DNA from: Candidatus Xenobia bacterium
GTDB taxonomy: Bacteria > Vulcanimicrobiota > Xenobia > Xenobiales > QWHO01
NCBI GenBank assembly: GCA_045863235.1
Contig: BTUM01000009.1
Span: 68,015-132,014 of the forward strand
DNA: 64,000 nt
Direction: 5' to 3'
Part shown: positions 35,335 to 43,359 of the stretch, one piece after another
Layout of the letters: every line of letters begins with the position of its first letter
How positions within the stretch are numbered: the stretch's first letter is position 1
Notes under the pieces: generated by a model
The model's input: only the letters and a program-made list of their open reading frames with translations
Told to the model about the DNA's origin: nothing
Database searches by the model: none
Made by a program: the position numbers and the translations under genes

Positions 35335-36495
35335 TCAACCGGCCAGCGCCAACCCGGCCTGGGCGCCGGCGCTTGCCCCCAGGCGGTTGCCCAGAACCCC
35401 GCCCACCACCAGGCCGACCGCGCCGCCGATAGGACCGGCCACCTGGTAACCCAGCATGGTCAGGCCCAGCGGGGCCGCGATGCCGCCCACCATGCCCCCC
35501 ACCGCTCCGCCCGCCAGGGCAGCGTAAGAAGCTCCGTCGCGAGCCCCCTTCTTCTGGGCGATCTCCAGGCCCCGGTGGGCGCCCAGAGCTCCCATTGCGA
35601 CAAACCCCAGCACCGGGTGCTTGTAGGAAAACATCAGGCTGGCCCCGGCCGCAAGCTGGGTGCCGCCGCTGACGGCGCGCATGGTGTCCTTGTTGGACAC
35701 GCCGCTGATCACTTCGCCCACCCCGTTGGCCGCCAGGCTGTAGGCCGCCACCTGGGTCAGCAGGCCCAGGCCCCAGCGCAGGTAAGGCACCTCCAGGCCG
35801 CGCGCGATGAGTTTGCCGGTCTCGCGAAACTCCTCGCGGTCCACAAAGGCCTGCATGAAGTTGGGCCGGTCGAGCCGCTCCATGGCGTCCATCTTCTCCT
35901 GGCTCACGTGGCGCAGGCGCTCGGGGTTGAGGCGATACTCAGCGTAGGTCTCGGCGAAGTCCTCCTGCTTGAGGGTTCCGGCGTAGCGCGAAACGTAGGG
36001 CGGGGCGCCGAACGGCTCGCTGGAGGAGTGCCCTCCGGTGATCACGCTGACCACCCCGCCCTCGTAGTCCCGGGTGTGACCGATCTCGTGCACGAGGGTG
36101 TAACGGAAGTTCTCGGGGTTGGTCATGCCGATGCCGGTGCGATTGATCTCGATGGAGTTGATGGCCGGGCGGGTGACCCCCAGCAGGTTGCTCGATCCCA
36201 GGCTCTCGCGCACCGAGATCGAGATCGGCCGGACGGCGTCGTACATCGGAAGCGAGTCCAGCGTCTGCCAGATCTGAGCCTTCTCAGCCGCGGTGCCGAA
36301 CACGCTGGGATAGATGAAGTTGGGCAGCGCTTTGTGGGTGTAAGCCAGCGCGTTGAGTCCGTCGCCCACCGCAGAGGAGAAGCGGTCCTTCAGGCTGGGA
36401 GGAGCCGGGGGCTCTTCCTCCTGGCTCGCGGGCGGCGGCTGGGGCGTTGCCAGTTGGCGCGGAAGGATGGGGGCGGGGGCGGCGGCGACGTGCAT
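35335..36495 (-). CDS. Zinc metallopeptidase (HExxH) with a C-terminal glycine-zipper region
   Basis: TLVHEIGH, YVSRYAG...EDFAETYAEY, GGAVGGMVGG...GGAVGLVVGGVLG. Confidence 0.78.
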   Translation of the reverse strand: MHVAAAPAPILPRQLATPQPPPASQEEEPPAPPSLKDRFSSAVGDGLNALAYTHKALPNFIYPSVFGTAAEKAQIWQTLDSLPMYDAVRPISISVRESLGSSNLLGVTRPAINSIEINRTGIGMTNPENFRYTLVHEIGHTRDYEGGVVSVITGGHSSSEPFGAPPYVSRYAGTLKQEDFAETYAEYRLNPERLRHVSQEKMDAMERLDRPNFMQAFVDREEFRETGKLIARGLEVPYLRWGLGLLTQVAAYSLAANGVGEVISGVSNKDTMRAVSGGTQLAAGASLMFSYKHPVLGFVAMGALGAHRGLEIAQKKGARDGASYAALAGGAVGGMVGGIAAPLGLTMLGYQVAGPIGGAVGLVVGGVLGNRLGASAGAQAGLALAG

Positions 36496-36538
36496 TGCGA
36501 TTGTGGCTCCAGACGGCAGGTGTCGCGGCTACCCTACC

Positions 36539-36567
36539 CTGAAAGAAAGCTGAAAGCGTTTCTGACA
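36539..36567 (-). promoter_or_regulatory. TTTCAG direct-repeat operator upstream of the metallopeptidase
   Basis: Minus strand TGTCAG-N6-TTTCAG-N5-TTTCAG. Confidence 0.55.
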
Positions 36568-36676
36568 TGTAACAGTCCCTCCGGCGTGGCCCGAATTCTG
36601 GTCGGTCAAACGACCTCTCCGTTGCCTCGAGCTGGGTGCTGGCCGGGGTTCTCGGCAATGGGAGCCGAGGGTGGGC

Positions 36677-38074
36677 TCAGTCGCGAACCGGAACGCGGAC
36701 TCCGTTGACCACCACGTAGCCGTCACGGGTCTCGACCCGGCCGGCCGGCAGGGGCTCGCTGGCAGGCAGGCGGGCGGTGTATTCCAGATGCCGATCGGTG
36801 AGTCGCACGAAACCCCGCTCGTCATAGCCATAGAGCTCTCGTCGCTGGCGGTCCTCGAAGAGAAGACGCCCATCGGCAGTCTCGCCGCGCAACTCGTACT
36901 CGTTGGCCGGCAACTCGATGCGCCGGGGGGGATCGTCCAGGCGGGTGACGGCCCGGTCGTGCCGCACCAGTCGCCCCTGCACGCTGGCCTTGGGACCGAA
37001 CTCGAGCACCTCGCGGCCCTCGGCGTTGAGACGCAAGATCTTGCCGCCCCCCATGTTCCAGAAGACCGTCCCTTTCGGGGTCACGTGGACATTGGGGCTC
37101 TCCCCCAGGCTCTCGCTCTCCCAGAGCTTGGAGCCATCGCTCGCGAGGCGTTGCAGGCATGACCTGCTGACGTACTGGGGAGCGAAGTGGTCCGGGTCCA
37201 TGCCGGGCCCAAAGCCCATGCCGCCACGAAATCGAAAGGCGTGGGGACCACGGATCTCGATGTTGGTGACCTCCTCGACCAGCACCTCACCCCTCTCCAG
37301 GGGCCAGAAACGACCGTGATAGTAGGAGGCCTTGCCTTCGGCCGGGCGAGCCTCCAGCTTGAGCCGGCCGCTCTCCTGGCCCCCCGGCCCGATCCGCACC
37401 AGCTCGTTGCCGGCCCGGAGCATCACCCCACCTTCCGGGGTGGCCACGGGGGGTTGTGCCCGCTCGGGGGAACCCTGCACCAGCGGCTTGCCGGACTTGT
37501 CGTAGGCCTCGAGCTTGCCTTCGGCCACCAGGTAGAGGCGCCCGGAGCTATCCTGGCAGGCTTCCGAGTAGACCTTTTTGGGGAAAGCGAGTTGGGAGCG
37601 CACCTGACCGTCGCTGCCAAAGCAAACCAGGCCGTCCTGGTTCTTGACGAGCAGGCTGTCCCCATCGGGGCTGACCGTCAGGCTGGAGATGGAGGCGAAG
37701 GGGGTGGGCGACTCCCAGGCGATGGAGCCATCCGGCTCCACCCGGGACAGGTAGGTGGCCTGGCGCGACTGGTAGGCCACGTAAATCTCCCCGCGAGGGC
37801 CCGACTTGAAGGCGACCGGGCGGTAGTCCTGCTGGTCCTTCTTGAGGTCGGCGGTGTGCACCAGCAAGCGGGTGGCCGAGCCCAGCTCCACGCCCTCGGA
37901 GCCGTTTAGGCGCCGCGCGTTGACATCTTCAGGAATTGGCGCGGCGCCGTTCAACAGATTGTCTGCAGTCCCGCCCGTTCTAATTCTGCACAGTTCAACG
38001 GGCGGGACTGTAGCGCTGGCCCTCACCAGGCGCTGGCGCCAGTAGTTGCCGTTGCTGCTCAGGGGCGAGATCAT
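36677..38074 (-). CDS. Beta-propeller-like hypothetical protein with the conserved C-terminal tail motif
   Basis: Repeats PDGSIAW, SDGSKLW; ends RVETRDGYVVVNGVRVPVRD; start ATG 38074 chosen from the upstream motif. Confidence 0.72.
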   Translation of the reverse strand: MISPLSSNGNYWRQRLVRASATVPPVELCRIRTGGTADNLLNGAAPIPEDVNARRLNGSEGVELGSATRLLVHTADLKKDQQDYRPVAFKSGPRGEIYVAYQSRQATYLSRVEPDGSIAWESPTPFASISSLTVSPDGDSLLVKNQDGLVCFGSDGQVRSQLAFPKKVYSEACQDSSGRLYLVAEGKLEAYDKSGKPLVQGSPERAQPPVATPEGGVMLRAGNELVRIGPGGQESGRLKLEARPAEGKASYYHGRFWPLERGEVLVEEVTNIEIRGPHAFRFRGGMGFGPGMDPDHFAPQYVSRSCLQRLASDGSKLWESESLGESPNVHVTPKGTVFWNMGGGKILRLNAEGREVLEFGPKASVQGRLVRHDRAVTRLDDPPRRIELPANEYELRGETADGRLLFEDRQRRELYGYDERGFVRLTDRHLEYTARLPASEPLPAGRVETRDGYVVVNGVRVPVRD

Positions 38075-38082
38075 GCGGCGAC

Positions 38083-38115
38083 ATCCTGCTCCGACTGGCT
38101 GAAAAAAACCTGAAA
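38083..38115 (-). promoter_or_regulatory. TTTCAG-N5-TTTCAG box plus -10-like hexamer
   Basis: TTTCAG-GTTTT-TTTCAG-N10-CAGGAT-N8-ATG. Confidence 0.62.
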
Positions 38116-38140
38116 AAGGGGACGGGTCGAAAGACGCTGA

Positions 38141-40057
38141 GTGCGACAGCTCGCCTTGCTGACCGACCGCAAGTTCTGGCCCCTGTTCTGGACTCAATTC
38201 CTGGGTGCTTTCAACGACAGCTTCCTCAAGAACGCGCTGGTCATCTGGATCACCTACCGCTCGGTCAGCGTGCTCGGCCTCGACCACCAGATGATGGCCG
38301 TGCTGTCGAGCGGGATCTTCATCCTGCCCTACTTCCTCTTCTCAGCCACCGCCGGCCAGCTGGCCGACAAGTATGACAAGGCCTTCCTGGTGCGCTGGAT
38401 CAAGACCATCGAGATCGGCCTGATGGGCCTGGCCACGGCCGGGTTCCTGCTGGCCGGCCACGGCAACCACGCTGGCATCGTGCTGTTGTTGGTGACCATC
38501 TTCCTGATGGGCACCCACTCCACGTTCTTCGGGCCCATCAAATACAGCATCCTGCCCCAGCTCGTAGGCCACGAGGCGCGGCTGGTGGGCGCCAACGCGC
38601 TGGTCGAGATGGGCACCAACCTGGCCATCCTGACCGGCACCCTGCTGGGCGGGGTGCTGATCGCCCTGGCCCAGGGCCCGGTGGTGGTCAGCCTGGCGCT
38701 GCTGGGGGTGGCCCTGCTCGGGCGGCTGGCCAGTCACTTCCTGGGCGCCACCGTGCCGGCCGTGCCCGACCTGAAAGTGGAGCTGAACCCCGCCCCGCCC
38801 ACCGTGCGCATCCTGGCCTTCGTCTATCCCCAGCGGGCTGTCTGGCTCTCCATCCTGGGCAACAGCTGGTTCTGGCTCTACGGCTCGGCCTTCCTGGCCC
38901 TCTTCCCCAGCTACGGCAGGGACACGCTCCACGCCGAGGAGCACGTGGTGACGCTCTTTCTCACCATCTTCTCGGTCGGTGTGGGGATCGGCTCGATCCT
39001 GTGCGAGAAGGTCAGCTTCGACCGGCTCGAGCTGGGTCTGGTGCCCTTCGGCTCCATCGGCATGACCGTCTTCGGCGTGGACCTGTTCTTTGCCGGGGCC
39101 CCCACCGCCGGCCTGGCGGGCCCCGACCAGCTGGTCAGCCTGGAGCAGTTCCTGGCCCTGCCGGCTTGCTGGCGCATCATGGTGGACTTGCTCGGTCTGT
39201 CTCTCTTCTCGGGCCTCTTTATCGTGCCGCTCTACACCCTGATGCAGCAACGCTCGGCCGACAGCCATCGCTCCCGGGTCATCGCGGCCAACAACATCGT
39301 CAACGCCGCTTTCATGGTGACCCAGACCCTGGTGGTGATGGCTCTGCTCCACCTCCAGTTCACCATTCCCCAGATCTTCTTGCTGCTGGGCATCCTCAAC
39401 GCCGTGGTGGCGGCTTACATCTACACCCTCTTGCCGGAGTTCTTCCTGCGCTTTTGCGTCTATCTGCTGGCCCACCTGATCTACCGGCTCAAGAGCTACG
39501 GGGTGGAGAAGATCCCCGAGGGCCCGGCCGTGCTGGTCTGCAACCACGTCACCTTCATCGACTGGTTCTTGATCGCCGCCGACGTGCGCCGCCCGGTGCG
39601 ATTCGTGATGGACCTGAGCTACGCCCGCATGCCCTTTCTGCAGGCCATCTTTCGGGACGCCAAGGTCATCCCCATCGCCTCCGCCAAACGGAGCCCGGAG
39701 GTGCTCGAGCGCGCCTTTGAGCGCATCAGCGAAGAGCTGGAGGCGGGCGAGCTGGTGTGCATCTTCCCGGAAGGCCGGCTGACCGACGATGGCCAGCTGA
39801 GCGAATTCCGACCCGGCGTCGAGCGCATCATTCAGAAAAACCCCGTCCCGGTGGTGCCTATGGCCCTGGGAGGCCTCTGGGGCAGCTTCTTCAGCCGCAA
39901 GGGGGGCCGCGCCCTGAGCCGCTTCCGCGGCCTGTGGAGCCGGGTCACCCTGGTGGTTGGCGACCCGGTGCCCCCCGAGGAGGTCTCGGCCGGCTCGCTC
40001 CAGGTCGTGGTGCAGGAGCTGGTGCACCAGGCCGAGGACAAGCTTCGACCCGGATAG
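38141..40057 (+). CDS. MFS transporter fused to a PlsC-type acyltransferase (LplT/Aas-like)
   Basis: TQFLGAFND, AGQLADK, FFGPIKYSILP; C-terminal NHVTFID and IFPEG. Confidence 0.92.
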   Translation: MRQLALLTDRKFWPLFWTQFLGAFNDSFLKNALVIWITYRSVSVLGLDHQMMAVLSSGIFILPYFLFSATAGQLADKYDKAFLVRWIKTIEIGLMGLATAGFLLAGHGNHAGIVLLLVTIFLMGTHSTFFGPIKYSILPQLVGHEARLVGANALVEMGTNLAILTGTLLGGVLIALAQGPVVVSLALLGVALLGRLASHFLGATVPAVPDLKVELNPAPPTVRILAFVYPQRAVWLSILGNSWFWLYGSAFLALFPSYGRDTLHAEEHVVTLFLTIFSVGVGIGSILCEKVSFDRLELGLVPFGSIGMTVFGVDLFFAGAPTAGLAGPDQLVSLEQFLALPACWRIMVDLLGLSLFSGLFIVPLYTLMQQRSADSHRSRVIAANNIVNAAFMVTQTLVVMALLHLQFTIPQIFLLLGILNAVVAAYIYTLLPEFFLRFCVYLLAHLIYRLKSYGVEKIPEGPAVLVCNHVTFIDWFLIAADVRRPVRFVMDLSYARMPFLQAIFRDAKVIPIASAKRSPEVLERAFERISEELEAGELVCIFPEGRLTDDGQLSEFRPGVERIIQKNPVPVVPMALGGLWGSFFSRKGGRALSRFRGLWSRVTLVVGDPVPPEEVSAGSLQVVVQELVHQAEDKLRPG

Positions 40058-40070
40058 AATCCTGGCCGCC

Positions 40071-40721
40071 ATGCGACGTTTTCTGATTGCCCTGCTGCTG
40101 CTGCTTCTGGCGCCCGTCCTGGCCCAGGCGCCCAGCCAGCTCATCCCCAACCTCACCCTGGCCAAGGAGCAGATCGAGCACTGGGTCAGCTCGGGCGAGT
40201 ACGCCCGCGAATGCGAGGCCGTCAACGCCCGGGCCCGGGCCTACCTGGAGGCCAACCTGACCGGGGTGAGACGGCCGGCCCTGGTGCTGGACATCGACGA
40301 GACCTCGCTGTCCAACTACCCGCTGATGCTCTCGGAGGACTTCGGCTTCGAGCAGGCCAGCTTCGACGCCTGGGTGGAGGCCGCCCAGACGCCGCCCATC
40401 CCCTCCACCCTGGAGCTCTTCCGCTATGCCGAAAGCCGCCAGGTGGCCTGCTTCTTCATCACTGGCCGAGGCGAGGCGCTGCGCGCCTCCACCGAGAAAG
40501 ACCTGCGCCACGGCGGCTACTCCGACTGGGAGGGGCTGTTTCTCAAACCCGCCGACTACCGCGAGAAGTCCATCGTGGGCTTCAAATCCGGAGTGCGCCG
40601 GCAGCTCACCGAGCAGGGCTACGAGATCCTGGTGAACGTGGGCGACCAGATGAGCGACCTCGAGGGCGGCTACGCCGAGAGCTTCTACAAGCTGCCCAAT
40701 CCCATGTACTACATTCCCTGA
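40071..40721 (+). CDS. Secreted HAD-superfamily acid phosphatase
   Basis: Signal peptide, LDIDETSL, FITGR, VGDQMSDL, KLPNPMY. Confidence 0.9.
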   Translation: MRRFLIALLLLLLAPVLAQAPSQLIPNLTLAKEQIEHWVSSGEYARECEAVNARARAYLEANLTGVRRPALVLDIDETSLSNYPLMLSEDFGFEQASFDAWVEAAQTPPIPSTLELFRYAESRQVACFFITGRGEALRASTEKDLRHGGYSDWEGLFLKPADYREKSIVGFKSGVRRQLTEQGYEILVNVGDQMSDLEGGYAESFYKLPNPMYYIP

Positions 40722-40725
40722 AGGC

Positions 40726-40758
40726 TTTCAGCCGCCTTTCAGGCGCTCGAGCGAGAAT
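40726..40758 (+). promoter_or_regulatory. TTTCAG-N5-TTTCAG box plus -10-like hexamer
   Basis: TTTCAG-CCGCC-TTTCAG-N10-GAGAAT-N6-ATG. Confidence 0.62.
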
Positions 40759-40764
40759 GGGGCG

Positions 40765-41403
40765 ATGATAAAGACTGATCGTCAGGCCCTGCTCACACGC
40801 CTGGCCGCTCTCGAGCGCCAGGGGATCTTCTGGGACTGCGACGTCTCCGCGGCCCGCAGCGACCTGGAGCTGTTCGAGCGCCACACCCCGCCCGAGGAGC
40901 CCCTGGAGCGCACCGCCGACCTCTACGAGACCCTGTTCCGGGATGAGAAAGAGCGCCATCGCGCGGTGGACCCCACCGGCCCGGCCCGCCGGGCGCTGGA
41001 GACGATTCACAGCTGCCTCGAGCCGGGCGAAGACCGGACCCGGGCGCTGGAGGCCTATCGCAAGCTCTGGAGCCACTCGCTCGAGCACGGACTCTACGAA
41101 ACCCCCGGCGAACCGGTGGATCTGACCGCTCGCAAACGCTTTCAGCTCATCGACGAGCACATGCTGGAGGGAGACGACCGCGTTCACTGCGTCCAGCAAT
41201 TTCTGGCCGACCCGCCCAACTTTGCCCAGCTCAAGCAGCAAGAAAGAGAGCGGCGCCAGCAGGAAGAGAGCGAGATGGCCGGGCGCTGGGAGCGCCTTCA
41301 GAAGCCCGAGGGGTGTACCTCTCTGGGCCGGCAGGAGGATTACCTCATCGTGGGCGGAAGCCGGGTGCCCTGCAAGCCCCATGGATCCTCTGAATCTTCT
41401 TGA
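40765..41403 (+). CDS. Hypothetical helical protein with the conserved C-terminal tail motif
   Basis: 212-aa ORF ending SLGRQEDYLIVGGSRVPCKPHGSSESS. Confidence 0.7.
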   Translation: MIKTDRQALLTRLAALERQGIFWDCDVSAARSDLELFERHTPPEEPLERTADLYETLFRDEKERHRAVDPTGPARRALETIHSCLEPGEDRTRALEAYRKLWSHSLEHGLYETPGEPVDLTARKRFQLIDEHMLEGDDRVHCVQQFLADPPNFAQLKQQERERRQQEESEMAGRWERLQKPEGCTSLGRQEDYLIVGGSRVPCKPHGSSESS

Positions 41404-41689
41404 AGTCAATGCGGCCGAGCTGGACGGGCTGGAAGCCGGTCCGGACGAGCTGATCGTAGTGGCTGCCACCTGGGGCCGCGGCTGCTCGCCCGAGTTGCTG
41501 CGCCGCCTGGAGCCCTTCCGCCGCCGCTCGGGCTATAACGGCACCCTGGTGGCTGTCGTGCCGCGCTCGCACGCAGGCGAGGTCCTGGGCCAGGATGCCC
41601 CCGAGCACCGCCCCGGGCAGGTCCCCATCTTGTCGCTGGCGTTCGGGCGCCGTCACCTGGACTGGCGTCCGGGCCTGCCTCCAGGCTGA
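41381..41689 (+). CDS. Small protein, possible degenerate thioredoxin fold
   Basis: LIVVAATWGRGC resembles VxFxATWCxxC; overlaps the upstream gene by 23 nt; followed by a terminator. Confidence 0.5.
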   Translation: MDPLNLLEVNAAELDGLEAGPDELIVVAATWGRGCSPELLRRLEPFRRRSGYNGTLVAVVPRSHAGEVLGQDAPEHRPGQVPILSLAFGRRHLDWRPGLPPG

Positions 41690-41700
41690 CGGTCCTATCC

Positions 41701-41742
41701 AGAGAAAGAGGAGCCCGGCTCCCACCGGGCTCCCTTTTTCTC
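41701..41742. terminator. Bidirectional intrinsic terminator
   Basis: Stem GGAGCCCGG/CCGGGCTCC flanked by AGAGAAAGA and CTTTTTCTC, between convergent genes. Confidence 0.78.
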
Positions 41743-41755
41743 GACCTGGCCCCAC

Positions 41756-42355
41756 TCAGGGAATGTAGAAGTACCAGGTGTTATCGATGGACTTGCCGCT
41801 CTCGGCACTGGCCGTCACCCTCGCGCTGTGCTGGCCAGACTTCATGTCGGCCCCAGGCTGACAGCTCACCTGGGAGTTGCTGACCTTGCACATTCCCGTC
41901 ACATCCTGTCCGTCCACGTAGAGACGCACCGTGGTGGTCTTGACCGGATCGTAGAAGGTGGCCCCGATGACCGGGCGACGCGAGCTGGCGGTCGCTCCAT
42001 TGGCCGGGGTGGGATTGAAACTTTGCCCCGTGAAAGAGAAAGACCAGTTCAGGTCGAAAGTCGTCGCCCCGGAAGCTGCCCTGGCAGTCACCCGGACCTT
42101 GTGCTTCCCAGGCGTCAGCTGCTGGGGAATGAAGCGCACTTGAGAGTCGGTGCAAGTCGCCCGGCTGGTAATGTCGGCCCCGTTCAAGTAGATGCGAGAG
42201 GCGCTGGGAATGACCGGCACGAGAAAGGTCACACCGATCTCGGCCTGGGGATTGTCCACCGTGGTTCCGTCGGTAGGGGTCACGTTGGCCCCCTGGGCCA
42301 GGGCGAACCCGGAAAGGCAAGCCAGCAGGAACAGCGTGGGGAAGAGACGTCGCAA
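41756..42355 (-). CDS. Secreted protein with two Ig-like beta-sandwich repeats
   Basis: AAGGAGG RBS, TTG start, signal peptide ending ALA; two repeats P.DG.T....I...F...V.....R.Y.NG.DIT...G.H..RVTA...W.F. Confidence 0.75.
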   Translation of the reverse strand: MRRLFPTLFLLACLSGFALAQGANVTPTDGTTVDNPQAEIGVTFLVPVIPSASRIYLNGADITSRATCTDSQVRFIPQQLTPGKHKVRVTARAASGATTFDLNWSFSFTGQSFNPTPANGATASSRRPVIGATFYDPVKTTTVRLYVDGQDVTGMCKVSNSQVSCQPGADMKSGQHSARVTASAESGKSIDNTWYFYIP

Positions 42356-42490
42356 GAGTGAGGTCCTCCTTGGAATGTGTCCAGCGACGTTCGTGTCAAG
42401 CAGCCCCGTCCCTCTGAGGCAGGTCAAGGGGCCTGGCCCGGGAGCAAAAGTCGGGTCTTCTGTTTCAAGCCCGCTGTATGCTATACTTTG

Positions 42491-42937
42491 ATGGCGGTCA
42501 AGTTCTCGCAACCGAACCTTCTCCAGGAGCCTGCCAGCTTGAGCTACTCTCCCCGTGTCAAGCAAAATGCCATCCGTGGCGCCAAAATCGGAGCCATCAG
42601 CACCGGCTGCGCTGCTTTCTTGACCGGGACGATGCTCTGTATCGTGCACCGCCTCCCCATTCCACCCCTGGCAATTACCGAGTTCGGGATCCTCTTCGGG
42701 GGACTGCTGGGTGCCGGAGCCGGCATTCTCTGCAGCGAGCCCCGGGGACGATTGTCGCTCCTGGGCATCGTGGGCGGCCTGCTGGCTGGAGCGGTCGTAG
42801 CCCTTCCCCTGGAAGGTCCAGGTGATCCGCTGGGCGTGCTGCGCATCGCCCTGCTGGGCTCGCTGATCGGTTGGCGCCTTGCGCTCAATGCGGCCCGAGC
42901 CCGCCTCAACACCCCCGCCTGGACCCCGATGAGCTAG
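42491..42937 (+). CDS. Small four-TM membrane protein
   Basis: Gly-rich hydrophobic helices; TGcTATACT extended -10 just upstream. Confidence 0.6.
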   Translation: MAVKFSQPNLLQEPASLSYSPRVKQNAIRGAKIGAISTGCAAFLTGTMLCIVHRLPIPPLAITEFGILFGGLLGAGAGILCSEPRGRLSLLGIVGGLLAGAVVALPLEGPGDPLGVLRIALLGSLIGWRLALNAARARLNTPAWTPMS

Positions 42938-43172
42938 AAGTCCGGCCGCAAACCCCCATGTGGTGTCGGAGGGAACCTCCGCCACCACAAGATGTTGTAG
43001 GCGGCCGGACTTCTAGCACAATATGTTGGGCGTCGCGCAGCCGGAAAACTGTGTCAAGGGGGTTTCCGGCTGCGCTCCTAGCCTAGGAGCCCGGCCGCAA
43101 CCCCCCTCGTGGACGCGGAGGGGAACCTCCACGTCCACAATATTGTGCAGGCGGCCGGGATCCTGGCACAAT
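42933..43172 (+). repeat. Tandem pair of ~85-nt long hairpins (149-nt period) flanking a third hairpin; candidate structured RNA or DNA element
   Basis: Unit 1 42933-43017 and unit 2 43083-43166 share an architecture with compensatory changes; middle 13-bp stem 43035-43075. Confidence 0.75.
42985..43031. promoter_or_regulatory. Tandem NrdR-box-like sites
   Basis: ccaCAAgATgTTGtag (42985-43000) and gcaCAAtATgTTGggc (43016-43031) fit acaCwAtATaTwGtgt, 31 bp apart. Confidence 0.5.
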
Positions 43173-43271
43173 CAACACGATCGAGCACGGCCTTCCGCCC
43201 GCGTCTCTAAAAACGCTCTCTGTTCCCACCCGGGAGGAGGAGTCCTGCCTTGCTTGAGGAATTTTCTTCCT

Positions 43272-43285
43272 CGAACACATATTCG
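43272..43285. promoter_or_regulatory. LexA (Gram-positive-type SOS) box-like site
   Basis: CGAAC-ACAT-ATTCG, one mismatch to CGAAC-N4-GTTCG. Confidence 0.45.
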
Positions 43286-43359
43286 TGCTCAACCGGGCGG
43301 CGCACGACTCCGACTCGCAACCTGTCGGTTTCGCGCGCGACGAGGGATGGGGAGGAACG

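Noticed and set aside
42933..43172. CRISPR array, integron attC sites or retron msr-msd
   Set aside because: Only two long diverged units; no cas, integrase or reverse transcriptase gene in the window; no RYYYAAC/GTTRRRY ends.
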